A model generated the notes under the pieces. It worked only from the letters and a program-made list of their open reading frames with translations. It was not told the DNA's origin and did not search any database. Source: an uncultured delta proteobacterium (GTDB lineage Bacteria > Myxococcota_A > Polyangia > Polyangiales > Polyangiaceae). Taken from it: a DNA stretch of 64,000 nucleotides. Positions 33,040-42,588 of this stretch are shown piece by piece; position 1 is the first letter of the stretch; each line of letters begins with the position of its first letter. The translations under genes were made by a program, and so were the position numbers. The stretch covers positions 1,120,001-1,184,000 of the forward strand of contig CAWDXG010000001.1 in the NCBI GenBank assembly GCA_963806225.1, in the 5' to 3' direction.

Positions 33040-35334
33040 ATGTCACACGTGACACACAAGCTGTCCGGCTCGGTGGAAGGCGCACTGGCGGGTGGGGGCG
33101 ATCCGGCGACGTTGCCGCTGTATGTCTTCGGCCCGTTCCTCCGCTTGCTGGTGGCGTCTGGCGTGGCATCGGTCGTGTTCGGCGCGGCGATATGGCTGGC
33201 CGTGCTGACGGTGGTGATGGTCTCGGCCATGTATCGCCTGGTTATGCGCTGGGTCACCGACGGCAGCGGCGGCAGCGGCCTGAACGAGGAGGAGTTCGGC
33301 ACCTGGTCCGTGCTGATCAACGCGGGCATCACCATCATCGAGTACTCGCTGACGTTCCTCGTGAGCGTGGCCGCGCTGGTGACGTTTCTTGCGGACCGGT
33401 TCGCGCTCTTGAACGCCTCGCTCTTTGGTCTGTCCGCGCGAACGCTCGTCGCGATCGCGTGCACGGTGCTGATCGGTTTCGCGGTGAACCTGGGGCCGCG
33501 GGTGGCGGCGCGCGTCTTTGGCCCGGCCACCGCTGCGGTGCTGGTTCTGCTCTGGGTCATGATCATCGCGACGGTGTTGAAGTTCGGGGTTCGCCTGCCG
33601 GGCCTGGATTGGGCGGCGTTCTCGCGCGCAAACATCAACCTCACCCTCGGAGGCTACGCGCGGATCCTGGCCCTGATGACGGGAATCGAGATCTTCGCCA
33701 ACCTGGTTGCGGCCTATCAGGGGCCCGCCAAGCAGCGCTCGCGCAAGGCCTTCGGCAGCCTGCTCATCGTCATGGGCACGACGTCCCTGACGATGCTGGT
33801 GGTGGGCCCGGCCATCTTCGCGCTGGCGGACCCTGCCGACCACAAGGTGTCTGTCTTCACCCAGACGATGGACAAGCTGCTGCCGGCGCCCCTGCCGTAC
33901 GTCGGGACCTTGATCGGCGTGGCGGTGCTGCTGTCCGCTGCCGCGGCCGCCGCGCAGGGCATCCAGAATCTGAGCCTGGGCCTACGCTACCGGCACTACA
34001 TTCCCGCTCGGCTGGGCGCGAAGAACCGACATGACGTAGCTGCCAGCCCCGTCTGGCTGCAGGTGGGCCTGTGTGTCGTGTGCTTCGCGGTCTTCGGAAC
34101 GCACGAAGAAACCTACCTCACCCTGTACGCCGCGGGCGTCTTCATCCTGCTCAGCCTGACGGGTTGGGCCTGCGTGAAGCGGCTCGTGCGCGAAAGCCGC
34201 AAGAAGCCCACCGCCGGCAGCATCGCGGCCATCGGCGGCACGGCGATCGCGGCCACTTTGACCTCGGGCGCGACGCTGGTGATTTTCGAAGAACGCTTCC
34301 TCGACGGCGCGTGGATGTACGTCGTGCTGGTGCCGATCTTCTACTTCGCGCTTGGCTATTTCCGGAAGCGGCTCGGAGCCCCACGCAGAGTAGAGGAGCG
34401 CCTAGGCCAGGTCATGTCCGCCAGCAATCTGTCGCCAGATATCGGCGAAGCGATCTACGCAGGTGTCCGCTACGAGAACATCCTCGTGCCGCTGGACCTG
34501 AGTCCGTTGGCGGAGCTGTCGCTGGCGCAGGCCCAGACCATGGCGCGCAACTACACAGGGAAAATCAGCCTGCTGACGGTGATCGAACCAGGCGAAGCAG
34601 CCGCGGCTCGCCCCGCTGCGGAAGAGTACCTCGCCGACGTGGCAGAGGACCTCGACAGCAGCGGCTACACGACGGAGCGGGAGATCCGCATCGGCTCGCC
34701 TGCCGCGGAAATCGGGGCAGAGGCCCAGTCCGGCAACACGGATCTGCTGATCATGAGCACGCATGAACGCCCCCGGGTCAGTCGCTGGATCGCGTCGCAC
34801 GTTGCCGCACAGGTCATCCACCAGACCACGCCACCGCTGTTGGCGCTGCGCCCCACGGAGCGTTGGCGCAGCGTGCGTACCCGCTTCGAACACCTGCTGG
34901 TGGCACTGGACGGGTCCGTCGTGTCCGAGGAGATCCTGCCTCACGTCCACGAGATCGCCTCGAAGTTCGGCAGCGAGGTGACGTTGCTCTCCGCTCCAGA
35001 AGGCTCCGAGTCGGACGACTACAAGGAGACCATCGGCTCCTACCTGGAGGCCATCCGCGCGGGGCTGCAGAAGAAGGGCGTAAGCGCCCGGACGCTGGTC
35101 GCAAGTTCTTCACCGGTGCGGGCCATACTGGATACGGCGGAAGAAAAACGCTGCGACCTCATCATGATCGTGACGCATGGCCGCGGCGGCGTGGAACGCC
35201 AGGACGCAGTGAAGCTGGGCAGCGTTGCGGACGCCGTGCTGCAGAAGGCGTCGTGTCCCGTGTTTCTGGTCTCCGCCGGCGCCGAGGTCCATCGAGCGTC
35301 GGAACGGCCCGACGCCGAAGTGGAACGCAGCTAG
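33040..35334 (+). CDS. APC-family permease fused to two USP domains
   Basis: About 12 hydrophobic helices with ALMTGIE, then NILVPLDLS and HLLVALDGS..LGSVADAVL. Confidence 0.85.
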   Translation: MSHVTHKLSGSVEGALAGGGDPATLPLYVFGPFLRLLVASGVASVVFGAAIWLAVLTVVMVSAMYRLVMRWVTDGSGGSGLNEEEFGTWSVLINAGITIIEYSLTFLVSVAALVTFLADRFALLNASLFGLSARTLVAIACTVLIGFAVNLGPRVAARVFGPATAAVLVLLWVMIIATVLKFGVRLPGLDWAAFSRANINLTLGGYARILALMTGIEIFANLVAAYQGPAKQRSRKAFGSLLIVMGTTSLTMLVVGPAIFALADPADHKVSVFTQTMDKLLPAPLPYVGTLIGVAVLLSAAAAAAQGIQNLSLGLRYRHYIPARLGAKNRHDVAASPVWLQVGLCVVCFAVFGTHEETYLTLYAAGVFILLSLTGWACVKRLVRESRKKPTAGSIAAIGGTAIAATLTSGATLVIFEERFLDGAWMYVVLVPIFYFALGYFRKRLGAPRRVEERLGQVMSASNLSPDIGEAIYAGVRYENILVPLDLSPLAELSLAQAQTMARNYTGKISLLTVIEPGEAAAARPAAEEYLADVAEDLDSSGYTTEREIRIGSPAAEIGAEAQSGNTDLLIMSTHERPRVSRWIASHVAAQVIHQTTPPLLALRPTERWRSVRTRFEHLLVALDGSVVSEEILPHVHEIASKFGSEVTLLSAPEGSESDDYKETIGSYLEAIRAGLQKKGVSARTLVASSSPVRAILDTAEEKRCDLIMIVTHGRGGVERQDAVKLGSVADAVLQKASCPVFLVSAGAEVHRASERPDAEVERS

Positions 35335-35428
35335 GGAAGCAGACGCGCCGAGGCATCGTGCCTCGCCGCCGTCTCGGGGTGGCGCGTTTCGCCTCGGTCC
35401 GGTTCTGCGCATTCCGGAGGTTGCCCGA

Positions 35429-35444
35429 TGGTATGCGCCTTGCA
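35429..35444 (+). promoter_or_regulatory. Putative sigma54 promoter of the csbD-like gene
   Basis: TGGTATG-CGCC-TTGCA. GGCGCGTTTCGCCTC at 35381-35395 matches the shared palindrome at 12/15. Confidence 0.55.
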
Positions 35445-35527
35445 CCTACACCGCCGCCGCGAATGCCATCGGGGGCTTCGTGCCTGGCTGCGGGGCGCAG
35501 CCTTTCGTGGAACATGGAGGAACGACG

Positions 35528-35743
35528 ATGAACTGGAACCAGATCAAGGCAGAGTGGAAGGACATGCGCGGCAAGGCGCACCAGCACTGGGGCAAGCTCA
35601 CGGACGACGAGCTGGAGAGGATCCGCGGCAACCGCGAGCAGCTCGAGGCCGCCATCCAGAAGCGCTACGGCATGGCCAAGGAGGAGGCCCAGCGCCAGGT
35701 CGACGAGTGGGCGCAGAAGCTCAAGAAGAAGATCGCCAACTAG
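35528..35743 (+). CDS. csbD: CsbD/YjbJ family stress protein
   Basis: MNWNQIKAEWKDMRGKAHQHWGKLTDDEL...IQKRYG; GGAGG Shine-Dalgarno. Confidence 0.92.
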   Translation: MNWNQIKAEWKDMRGKAHQHWGKLTDDELERIRGNREQLEAAIQKRYGMAKEEAQRQVDEWAQKLKKKIAN

Positions 35744-36636
35744 TGCCGGCCGAGGGGCGACGTGCCGACCAGCGCCGAGTCCGGTTTGCCTGACTCCAGC
35801 CACTTGTCGAAACGCCTGCTGTCACGCCGGACGCCGAGCTGGGATGCGAAGCTCTTGAACGCGTAGTCGATCGGCACCGCGAAGGTCAGACCCTGGCCGC
35901 CGCGCAGGATGAACGACATCACACCGACGAGCTCGCCCCGGTCGTTCAGGACCGGACCGCCCGAGCTGCCGGCGTTGGCCGGGAGATCCGTCTGCACGAA
36001 GCCCGTGCCGTCGAACGAGCGCCCGACATAGGAGACGATGCCCTGGCTCATCGAGAACGTCATCTTCATCGGCGCCCCCATCGAGAACACGGTGTCGCCC
36101 ATGGCGATGCCCGTGATGCTCCCGAGGACTGCTGGCGCTCGTGCTGGGAGCCGGGCAAGCGAAAGCAGCGCCAGGTCGGCGTTGTGGTCGCGAGCAACGA
36201 CTTTCACCGCGACGGGTTTCGACTCGCCGTAGAACCACGCCCGCACGTGTTTCAGTCCGTCGATCACGTGATCGCAGGTCAGCACGTGCCCCTTTTTGTC
36301 GATCAGGACGCCGGCGCCGTAGACGTTTCCGCCGCGCAGGAACACCGTCGTGGCAAGCGCACGCTGGGCGATCTTCCGGACCGGCAGACGCGGTGACGAG
36401 GCCGGCGCGGTGCTCTGCGGGTGCGCCGCCGGCGTGAGGTGTTTGACCGTGTCGTCCGGACCTCCAGGGCTCGCCCGGGTCAGCTCGACCGCGATCGGCG
36501 TGCCGCTGCTCTGCTGCCCGGCAGACTTCGCGGCGCGCTTCGCGCGCGACAGCGCCCGGCCTGTGCAGACACCGCTGCCAAACAAAGCCAGGGCGAACAG
36601 GGCAAGCAGACGCCGGTTGGGCGAATGCAAACTCAT
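35740..36636 (-). CDS. Trypsin-like (S1C) serine protease without PDZ domain
   Basis: LTCDHV, ADLALL and GSSGGP catalytic triad motifs; N-terminal anchor. Confidence 0.88.
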   Translation of the reverse strand: MSLHSPNRRLLALFALALFGSGVCTGRALSRAKRAAKSAGQQSSGTPIAVELTRASPGGPDDTVKHLTPAAHPQSTAPASSPRLPVRKIAQRALATTVFLRGGNVYGAGVLIDKKGHVLTCDHVIDGLKHVRAWFYGESKPVAVKVVARDHNADLALLSLARLPARAPAVLGSITGIAMGDTVFSMGAPMKMTFSMSQGIVSYVGRSFDGTGFVQTDLPANAGSSGGPVLNDRGELVGVMSFILRGGQGLTFAVPIDYAFKSFASQLGVRRDSRRFDKWLESGKPDSALVGTSPLGRH

Positions 36637-36996
36637 GGGGGGTATATTGCCTCTAGCATGACCTCCGCAGCCGGGCCTCTAGCGCCCGCGATTTTGGTAG
36701 GACACGCACACACCAGCGCTCATCACGTCGAATTCGATGCGTCGCGGCGCCGACGACGCCGCAGCCGCTGCGCGACGCCCCGGATCGGGATCTTCGCGGC
36801 CTCGGTCGAGGGATCTCCCTGTGCCCGGAACCAGTCGCCTTTTCGGCGCGGGTCGCCGGCGGCACACATCCTGCTTTCGATCCGCTGACGTGCGCTGCTG
36901 TTTCGCGCGCACCGCTGCAGAGGGGGCAACGCCGGGACGCGAATCCATCGCGTCGTCGCGTTGTGAATCCCGGTGACACAGTCTGGGAGGACGAGA

Positions 36997-37350
36997 ATGA
37001 ACACGAAATCGACCGTTGCGGTGATCGCGCTGAGCGTCATCGCAGGTTGCGGGGGAAGTGTGATGTCCCCATCGAAGCTGGCCGCATCCGAGGCTTCGAT
37101 GCGTGGCGCCGAAGAGGTCGGTGCGCGTCAGGTGCCGACCGCAGGGCTTCAATTGAAGCTTGCCCAGGACGAGGTCGCCAAGGCCAAGTCCTTGAACGCG
37201 AACGGCGAGGGCGAGGCGGCGGATCGAATGCTCACGCGCGCCCAGGTAGACGCGGATCTCGCGATCTCGCTTGCGAAGGAAGAGTCGGCCAGAAAGGCAG
37301 CACAGGCAGTCGCGGATCAGGTCAAGCAGGCCCAGGGAGAAGTCCAATGA
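36997..37350 (+). CDS. DUF4398-like lipoprotein
   Basis: IAGC lipobox, helical RAQVDADLA; GGAGG SD; directly upstream of the OmpA gene. Confidence 0.8.
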   Translation: MNTKSTVAVIALSVIAGCGGSVMSPSKLAASEASMRGAEEVGARQVPTAGLQLKLAQDEVAKAKSLNANGEGEAADRMLTRAQVDADLAISLAKEESARKAAQAVADQVKQAQGEVQ

Positions 37351-38282
37351 CAAGCTCGAGTCTTACGCTGTCGCGCGGTATCATCTCGGTGCTGGCGCTG
37401 GTTACGGCGGCTGGTGTTGGCGCTTGCGGCGCCGCTGCCCCGCCCAGAGAGCTGCGGGATGCGCGCGCCGCCTACGCGGCCGCTGCTTCGGGCCCTGCCG
37501 GAACGCTCACTCCCGCGGAGCTGGTCGATGCGAAGAAGGCGCTCGACAAGGCAGAGCGTAGCTTCGCGGAAGACGGCGCATCCGACGAGACGGTCGATGC
37601 GGCGTACATAGCCCAGCGCCGGGCGCAGATCGCCAACGCGCGCGGTCACACCGCCGCCGCGCAGGCTGCGGAAGTGCGCGCCACCGCGCTGCTTGCAAGG
37701 GTGAACGCGGACCGCCTGCGCTCGACGCAGCGTGAGCTCGGAGAGGCGCGCGGTGACGTGAATCGCGCCGAACAGCGGCTCCAGGTGAAAGGCGTGGAGC
37801 TAGGCGCAACAGCGGCTGCGCTGGCCGCAGAGAAGAAGGCGCGCGCCGCTGCCGAAGCTCGCGTGAAGGAAGCGATGGACAAGCTCGCACTGGCAGCCTC
37901 GCTCCAGGTGAAGGAGGAACCGCGCGGAACCGTCATCACGTTGCCCAGCAATGTGATGTTCGCCACGGGAAAGTGGCAGCTGCTGCCCGGTGTGATGAGC
38001 AAGCTCGATGCAGTGGCAACGGCGCTCAAGGAACAGTCCGACGTGACCATCACGGTCGAAGGCCACACGGACAGCCGGGGCACCTCCGAGTCGAACCTCG
38101 AGCTCGGCAAGAAGCGCGCGGAGTCGGTGGCCACGTACCTCAAGTCGAAGGGCGTGCCGAAGGACCAGATCTCGGCAGTGGGAATCGGCGAAGCGCAGCC
38201 GATTGGAGACAACGACACCGCGACCGGCCGTTCGCAGAACCGGCGGGTCGAGATCATCGTGACGCCGCGCGAGAAGCGCTAG
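37347..38282 (+). CDS. OmpA-family lipoprotein with DUF4398-like N-terminus
   Basis: VGAC lipobox, VEGHTDSRG, QNRRVEI; ATGA overlap with the upstream gene. Confidence 0.9.
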   Translation: MTSSSLTLSRGIISVLALVTAAGVGACGAAAPPRELRDARAAYAAAASGPAGTLTPAELVDAKKALDKAERSFAEDGASDETVDAAYIAQRRAQIANARGHTAAAQAAEVRATALLARVNADRLRSTQRELGEARGDVNRAEQRLQVKGVELGATAAALAAEKKARAAAEARVKEAMDKLALAASLQVKEEPRGTVITLPSNVMFATGKWQLLPGVMSKLDAVATALKEQSDVTITVEGHTDSRGTSESNLELGKKRAESVATYLKSKGVPKDQISAVGIGEAQPIGDNDTATGRSQNRRVEIIVTPREKR

Positions 38283-38324
38283 CAAGATGAGCGGGGCGAG
38301 GCCCGTACGGGCGAGAGGACTACC

Positions 38325-38618
38325 ATGACAAGCATTCGATCTCGCGTGTTGGGCCTCGCTCTGGTCGCTTCTGCGGCCAGTGCGCTCTTCTGGGGCTGCG
38401 GAGCCGCGGCTCCTCCTCCCACAGAGCCCGCCGGGGCGTCCGGCCCTGCCCCCGCGGTGCAGGGGCAGGGGGCTCCGGCGATCCCGCACGACCTCGAGGG
38501 CAAGGACGATTGCACGAGCTGCCACCAGGTCGGAGTGGGCCAGCATCCCCTGCCCGAGTCCCACCGGGGCCGCGACAACACGACCTGCAGGGGCTGCCAT
38601 CAGCCCAAAGCCGGCTGA
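38325..38618 (+). CDS. Small dihaem c-type cytochrome lipoprotein
   Basis: FWGC lipobox; IPH..CTSCH and SH..CRGCH. Confidence 0.8.
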   Translation: MTSIRSRVLGLALVASAASALFWGCGAAAPPPTEPAGASGPAPAVQGQGAPAIPHDLEGKDDCTSCHQVGVGQHPLPESHRGRDNTTCRGCHQPKAG

Positions 38619-38639
38619 GCCGACGCAATCATTGAACCA

Positions 38640-38692
38640 GTCAACCCAGTCGAACGTGGCGAGTTCGACTGGGTTGACGTTCTTGTTCTTTG
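38640..38692. terminator. Strong hairpin between convergent genes
   Basis: Perfect 16-bp stem GTCAACCCAGTCGAAC/GTTCGACTGGGTTGAC with a 7-nt loop, followed by a T-rich tract on +. Confidence 0.75.
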
Positions 38693-38707
38693 TAGCCCGC
38701 GCGGTTG

Positions 38708-38872
38708 TCAGGCGATCCGACGGCCCATGATGACCCGCACCAGGACCGCGATGATCGCCATCACGAGCAACACATGGATCAGCCCGCCGAAAGTGAAGTG
38801 CATCGCGAAGCCGAGCACCCACAACACGACGAGCACGAGCGCGAAGGCCCATAGCAGGTTTACCATTTTCAT
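38708..38872 (-). CDS. lmo0937-family small membrane protein (54 aa; not in ORF track)
   Basis: MKMVNLLWAFALVLVVLWVLGFAMHFTFGGLIHVLLVMAIIAVLVRVIMGRRIA; GAGGGGG upstream. Confidence 0.88.
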   Translation of the reverse strand: MKMVNLLWAFALVLVVLWVLGFAMHFTFGGLIHVLLVMAIIAVLVRVIMGRRIA

Positions 38873-38896
38873 TTCCCCCTCGGCAGTCGTCGTCGC

Positions 38897-39121
38897 CTAG
38901 TTGGCTTTCGACTTCTTGCCGGACTTGCCCGCGGCTTCCTGGCCACGGTGCTTGGCGGTGTCCACCGCCTCGTCGGCGCCGTGGACGACCTTCTCCAGAG
39001 TCTCCTCTGCCGAGTGGACCACTTTCGTGGTCATCTGCTTGGCAAAGTGCCCGGCCTTCTTTGCGGATTCCTGAATGCGGTGTCCGCCCTTCTTGGCGGT
39101 CTCGCCGGCTTTGGTGCTCAT
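38897..39121 (-). CDS. Small hydrophilic LEA/CsbD-like protein (74 aa)
   Basis: MSTKAGETAKKGGHRIQESAKK..., K/E/A-rich; GGGGAGG SD. Confidence 0.65.
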   Translation of the reverse strand: MSTKAGETAKKGGHRIQESAKKAGHFAKQMTTKVVHSAEETLEKVVHGADEAVDTAKHRGQEAAGKSGKKSKAN

Positions 39122-39147
39122 AGTCGTGTTCCTCCCCTGGATTGTGA

Positions 39148-39163
39148 AGCACGACGCGTGCCG
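39148..39163 (-). promoter_or_regulatory. Putative sigma54 promoter of the two small stress genes
   Basis: Minus strand CGGCACG-CGTC-GTGCT. Confidence 0.5.
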
Positions 39164-39224
39164 TGCCGCGGCGCTTCCCGGTCCCCGGACGGGGGCGGGC
39201 AACCAGGACGGGTAACTCGCCGAG

Positions 39225-39310
39225 AGCTTCCGCGCCGAATGATCTGGTCACGGCGGCGGACGAGGCCCTGTACGCGGCGAAGGAAGCCGGAAGGAATCGC
39301 ATCTTCGCCC
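39225..39310 (+). pseudogene. GGDEF domain C-terminal shard
   Basis: DLVTAADEALYAAKEAGRNRI; no GGDEF motif upstream. Confidence 0.75.
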
Positions 39311-39432
39311 ACGACGGCGCGCGGATCCGACCGGGCGCGCCCGCACAGCAAGTGCTTGCCGCGCCCCGAGCGGCGGGCGCCATGGCCAGAGCGCAAACAG
39401 GGGGTGGGGAATTGCGCCGGCGGCCGGCACGC

Positions 39433-41439
39433 TCACGGATGATGGAGAATCGCCCCGGTCTTCGTGAGCAGCCAGAACGTTGTTCGGGGCTGTGCCCGTC
39501 ACGCCGACGACACTGGCGCTGGTGACTTGTAGGGGCGACCAGGTTGCGCCGTCGTAGTGGAGGACCGCGCCGAACAGGCCGCCACCCCAGATGTCGCTTC
39601 CGCTGCTTCCCCACAGGTAGCCGATGTCGCGCGGCAGCTTCTTTGCCGGCTTCGACCAGGCCTTGCCGTTCCAGTGCAGCGCGCCGCCCTCGATGCCGAC
39701 CGCCCAGGCGTCGTCGGGGGTCGCGGCGTAGATGCTGGTGATGAAGCCAGCCTGGCCCGTGTAGGCCACGGACCAGCTCGCGCCGTCGTAGTGACGGATC
39801 GTGGCTTGCAGGTTCACGTTTCCCGAGAGCCAGAACGTCGTCTTTCGATGTTCCCCCCAGGGCTACCAGCTCGCCATCGGTCGGCCCCGGCACGCTGACT
39901 TCCTGCATCGCGTGGCCGTCCCAGTGGACGAGGATCGCCGACTTCGGGGTGTTGGGCGCGTCGCCTGCGAACCACACGTTGCTCTTCGAGGTTCCCCACA
40001 CGCCGTCGAACGAGCTTTTGTCGGTCGAGGAGCGATCGTACGCCACCGACCACTTGGTGCCATCGTAGTGGAGGATGCGTGCCACCGTCTGGTCGCCCGC
40101 GGAGCCGACGGCCCACATGTCGTCGGGCGCGGAGCCCCAGAGCTGGTTGACGAAGGCGTAGGTCGCATCGCCCGCGGAGATGCTCGACTTCGTCCAGGTC
40201 GAGCCGTTCCAATGCTGGAAGTCCAGGCTCACGGCGCCGTTCGACGCGGCCCAGGCGTCGGAGGGCGTGTTGGCCCAGATCGCCTTCGCGGGCTCGACGC
40301 CCCACGCGGGCGGCGGCGGCGTGATCACGTTCCAGGCGCCGCCGTCCCAGTGCGCCATCACGCCGCCCAGGCCCACCGCCCACGCGTCGCCCGCGGAGCT
40401 CTGCCACAGTGCCCGGTAGTCACCGGGCAGCTCCCGCGAGCTCCATCCGCTGCCGCCGCCGTGGGCGTAGGCCGCGCCGCCCGATCCCACGACGCGCACC
40501 AGCGAGCTGCCGCCGCCGATACCGAACAGCGGCGTCGAGGTCGGCTTGACGACGAACGGGGCGTCCCACGAGTTGCCGTTCCAGTGCACGATGTAGCCGT
40601 TGGGATCGCAGCACGGCCCCTTGGTGTCGAGGTTTTCCTGTCCGACCAGCCATACGTCATCGGGGCCGCGCCCCCAGACCTTGGCGAAGATCCCGGCGCC
40701 GTTGTCGGGCAGCGGGACGTTCGACCAGGACGCGCCGTCCCAGTGGAGGATCACGCCCTGGTAGCCGACCGGCAGGGCCGAGCCGACGGCCCACGCGTCG
40801 TCCGGTCCGCTCGCCCACACGCCGTCCAGATCGTTGGTCGTGGGCAGGGCGACCGGCGACCACTTCTGGCCGTCGAAGTGCAGCGCCTTGCCCTTGGCGC
40901 CGACCGTCCACACGTCGGACGGACCGCTGCCGTAGACCGCATACAGCTGCGTGTCCGCCACGGACTGCGTGCGCGACCAGGCGCTACCGTTCCAGTGCCA
41001 GATCTCCGAACCCGCCTCGGTCCAGGTGGGAAAGCCCACGGCCCACACGTTGTCGGCCGCCGAGCCCCACACGCTCCGGAAGTCGATCTGGGCCGGGGTG
41101 TCGAACGACGCGAACGCCTGTCCGTCGTAGTGCAGGATCGTCGCCGCCGCGCCGACGAACCAGAACGTCGTCCGGGCTCTGGCCCCACACGCCGTACAGG
41201 TCGTTCGTCTGCGGACCGGTGTTGCTCCAGGTGAAGCCATGGTGCGACACGCCGGGGGGCTCTCCGGCGTCGAGCGCAGGGCCCGAGGCGTCCTGGATGG
41301 GATTGCCGCCGGCATCGCTACCGACATAGGGGCCCGCGTCGTCACCCGGGTAGCCGGCTGTCGTGTGCCCGCCGCACGACGCCAGGACGCTGAAGGCGAG
41401 CGACAGCGCGAGCAGGACGAAAGCGAGGCGGAGCTTCAT
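39433..41439 (-). CDS. Secreted beta-propeller-like repeat lipoprotein with three 1-nt frameshifts (~41165, ~39820, ~39448)
   Basis: LASC lipobox; more than 10 repeats of WGxxxxDVWAVG...LH(W/Y)DGxxW continuing across frames. Confidence 0.8.
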
Positions 41440-42588
41440 GGCACGAGCGCGACGAAGTCGGTGGAGTGCGACGGGTAGTCGTGTTGGTTGCAGTCGTAGC
41501 CCCCGGCGAAGACGAAGTTACGGCGGTGCGCGTCGAACGCCGCCGCGCCCCGCCCGTAGCGCACCGCGGGCTGCACGGCCACGCCGAGCGGCGTGGCGAC
41601 GAACGACGAGCCGATGTCCAGACGCCACACGTCGTACAGACAGGCGTTGCCGGTCACCGCGGTGATGAAGGCGCACTGCTCGGGATCCCAGCTCAGCGGG
41701 AAGCCGCCGCCGAGCGTGTGGGCGGACGACGAGAGAATCCGGCGGGAACGTTCCGGGGATGCGTGTCCAGCCGCTCGGGGCATCCAGCGACAGCGCCCAC
41801 AGCGAGCGCTGCTTGCCCGGGTAGATCTCGCTGCCGACGGCGAGTAGGCGGCGTCCGACCGGGTCGAGCGACAGCGAGAGCAGCTGCACCTTCTGCAGCG
41901 CCGCTTGCGAGTCGTTGTCGAACATCGACCACGACTCCTGACCAGGCGCCAGACGCAGCGCCCAGGTGTGCACCGGGCCGGGAACCGAGCCTTTCCCGGG
42001 GATGGCGTAGAGCCGATCGGTCACGGGGTCGATGGCCGCGGCGAGCGCGATGTCGCTGGTCTGGCCTTCCGGGAAATCGGGCAGCAGCGCCAGGTGCGCG
42101 GAGTTGCCCTGGAGGCGGACGGCGAAGACCTGCCGCTTGTCGTCGCGCGGTGGATTCGACTCCCAGGGCGACAGGCCCAGGCCGAGCACGATCCCGCGAT
42201 CGTGGACGGCGTCCCACAGGGCGCGGCCGTTGGGACCGAGATCGACGCGCGAGTCGCCCGAGCGGCTGAGCGTCTGCGTCTCGCCGGTCGCGAGGCTCAC
42301 GGTCGAGATCGCCTTGGCGTACACGCCGCTGCTCGACGTGCCGCCGAGCACGACCAGCACGTCATCGTTCGGATCGATCACCGCGGCGTTCGCCGCGGAC
42401 TGCTGTGGGCCGCTGGTCCGTGCGAGCTTGCCGACGCCGGCATCGTCCGCACACGTCGGCGGAGCGGCGTCGCCCGGACCGGCGTCGCTCCTGACCCCAC
42501 TCGACCCTCCCACCCCCACGAACAGCCCCGTGCGCGAGCACGCCGGAGCAGCCATCATCACCAGGCAAAGCAAAGCTACATCACGCAC
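41436..42588 (-). CDS. Secreted beta-rich (kelch-like) lipoprotein, frameshift near 41730
   Basis: LLCLVMMAAPAC signal; repeats xDPxxxRxxxxGG; stop overlaps the downstream ATG. Confidence 0.65.

Noticed and set aside
37800..41345. 1181-aa ORF as one protein
   Set aside because: Chimera: only ~39820-41165 is the repeat protein; the rest reads through a frameshift antisense to real genes.
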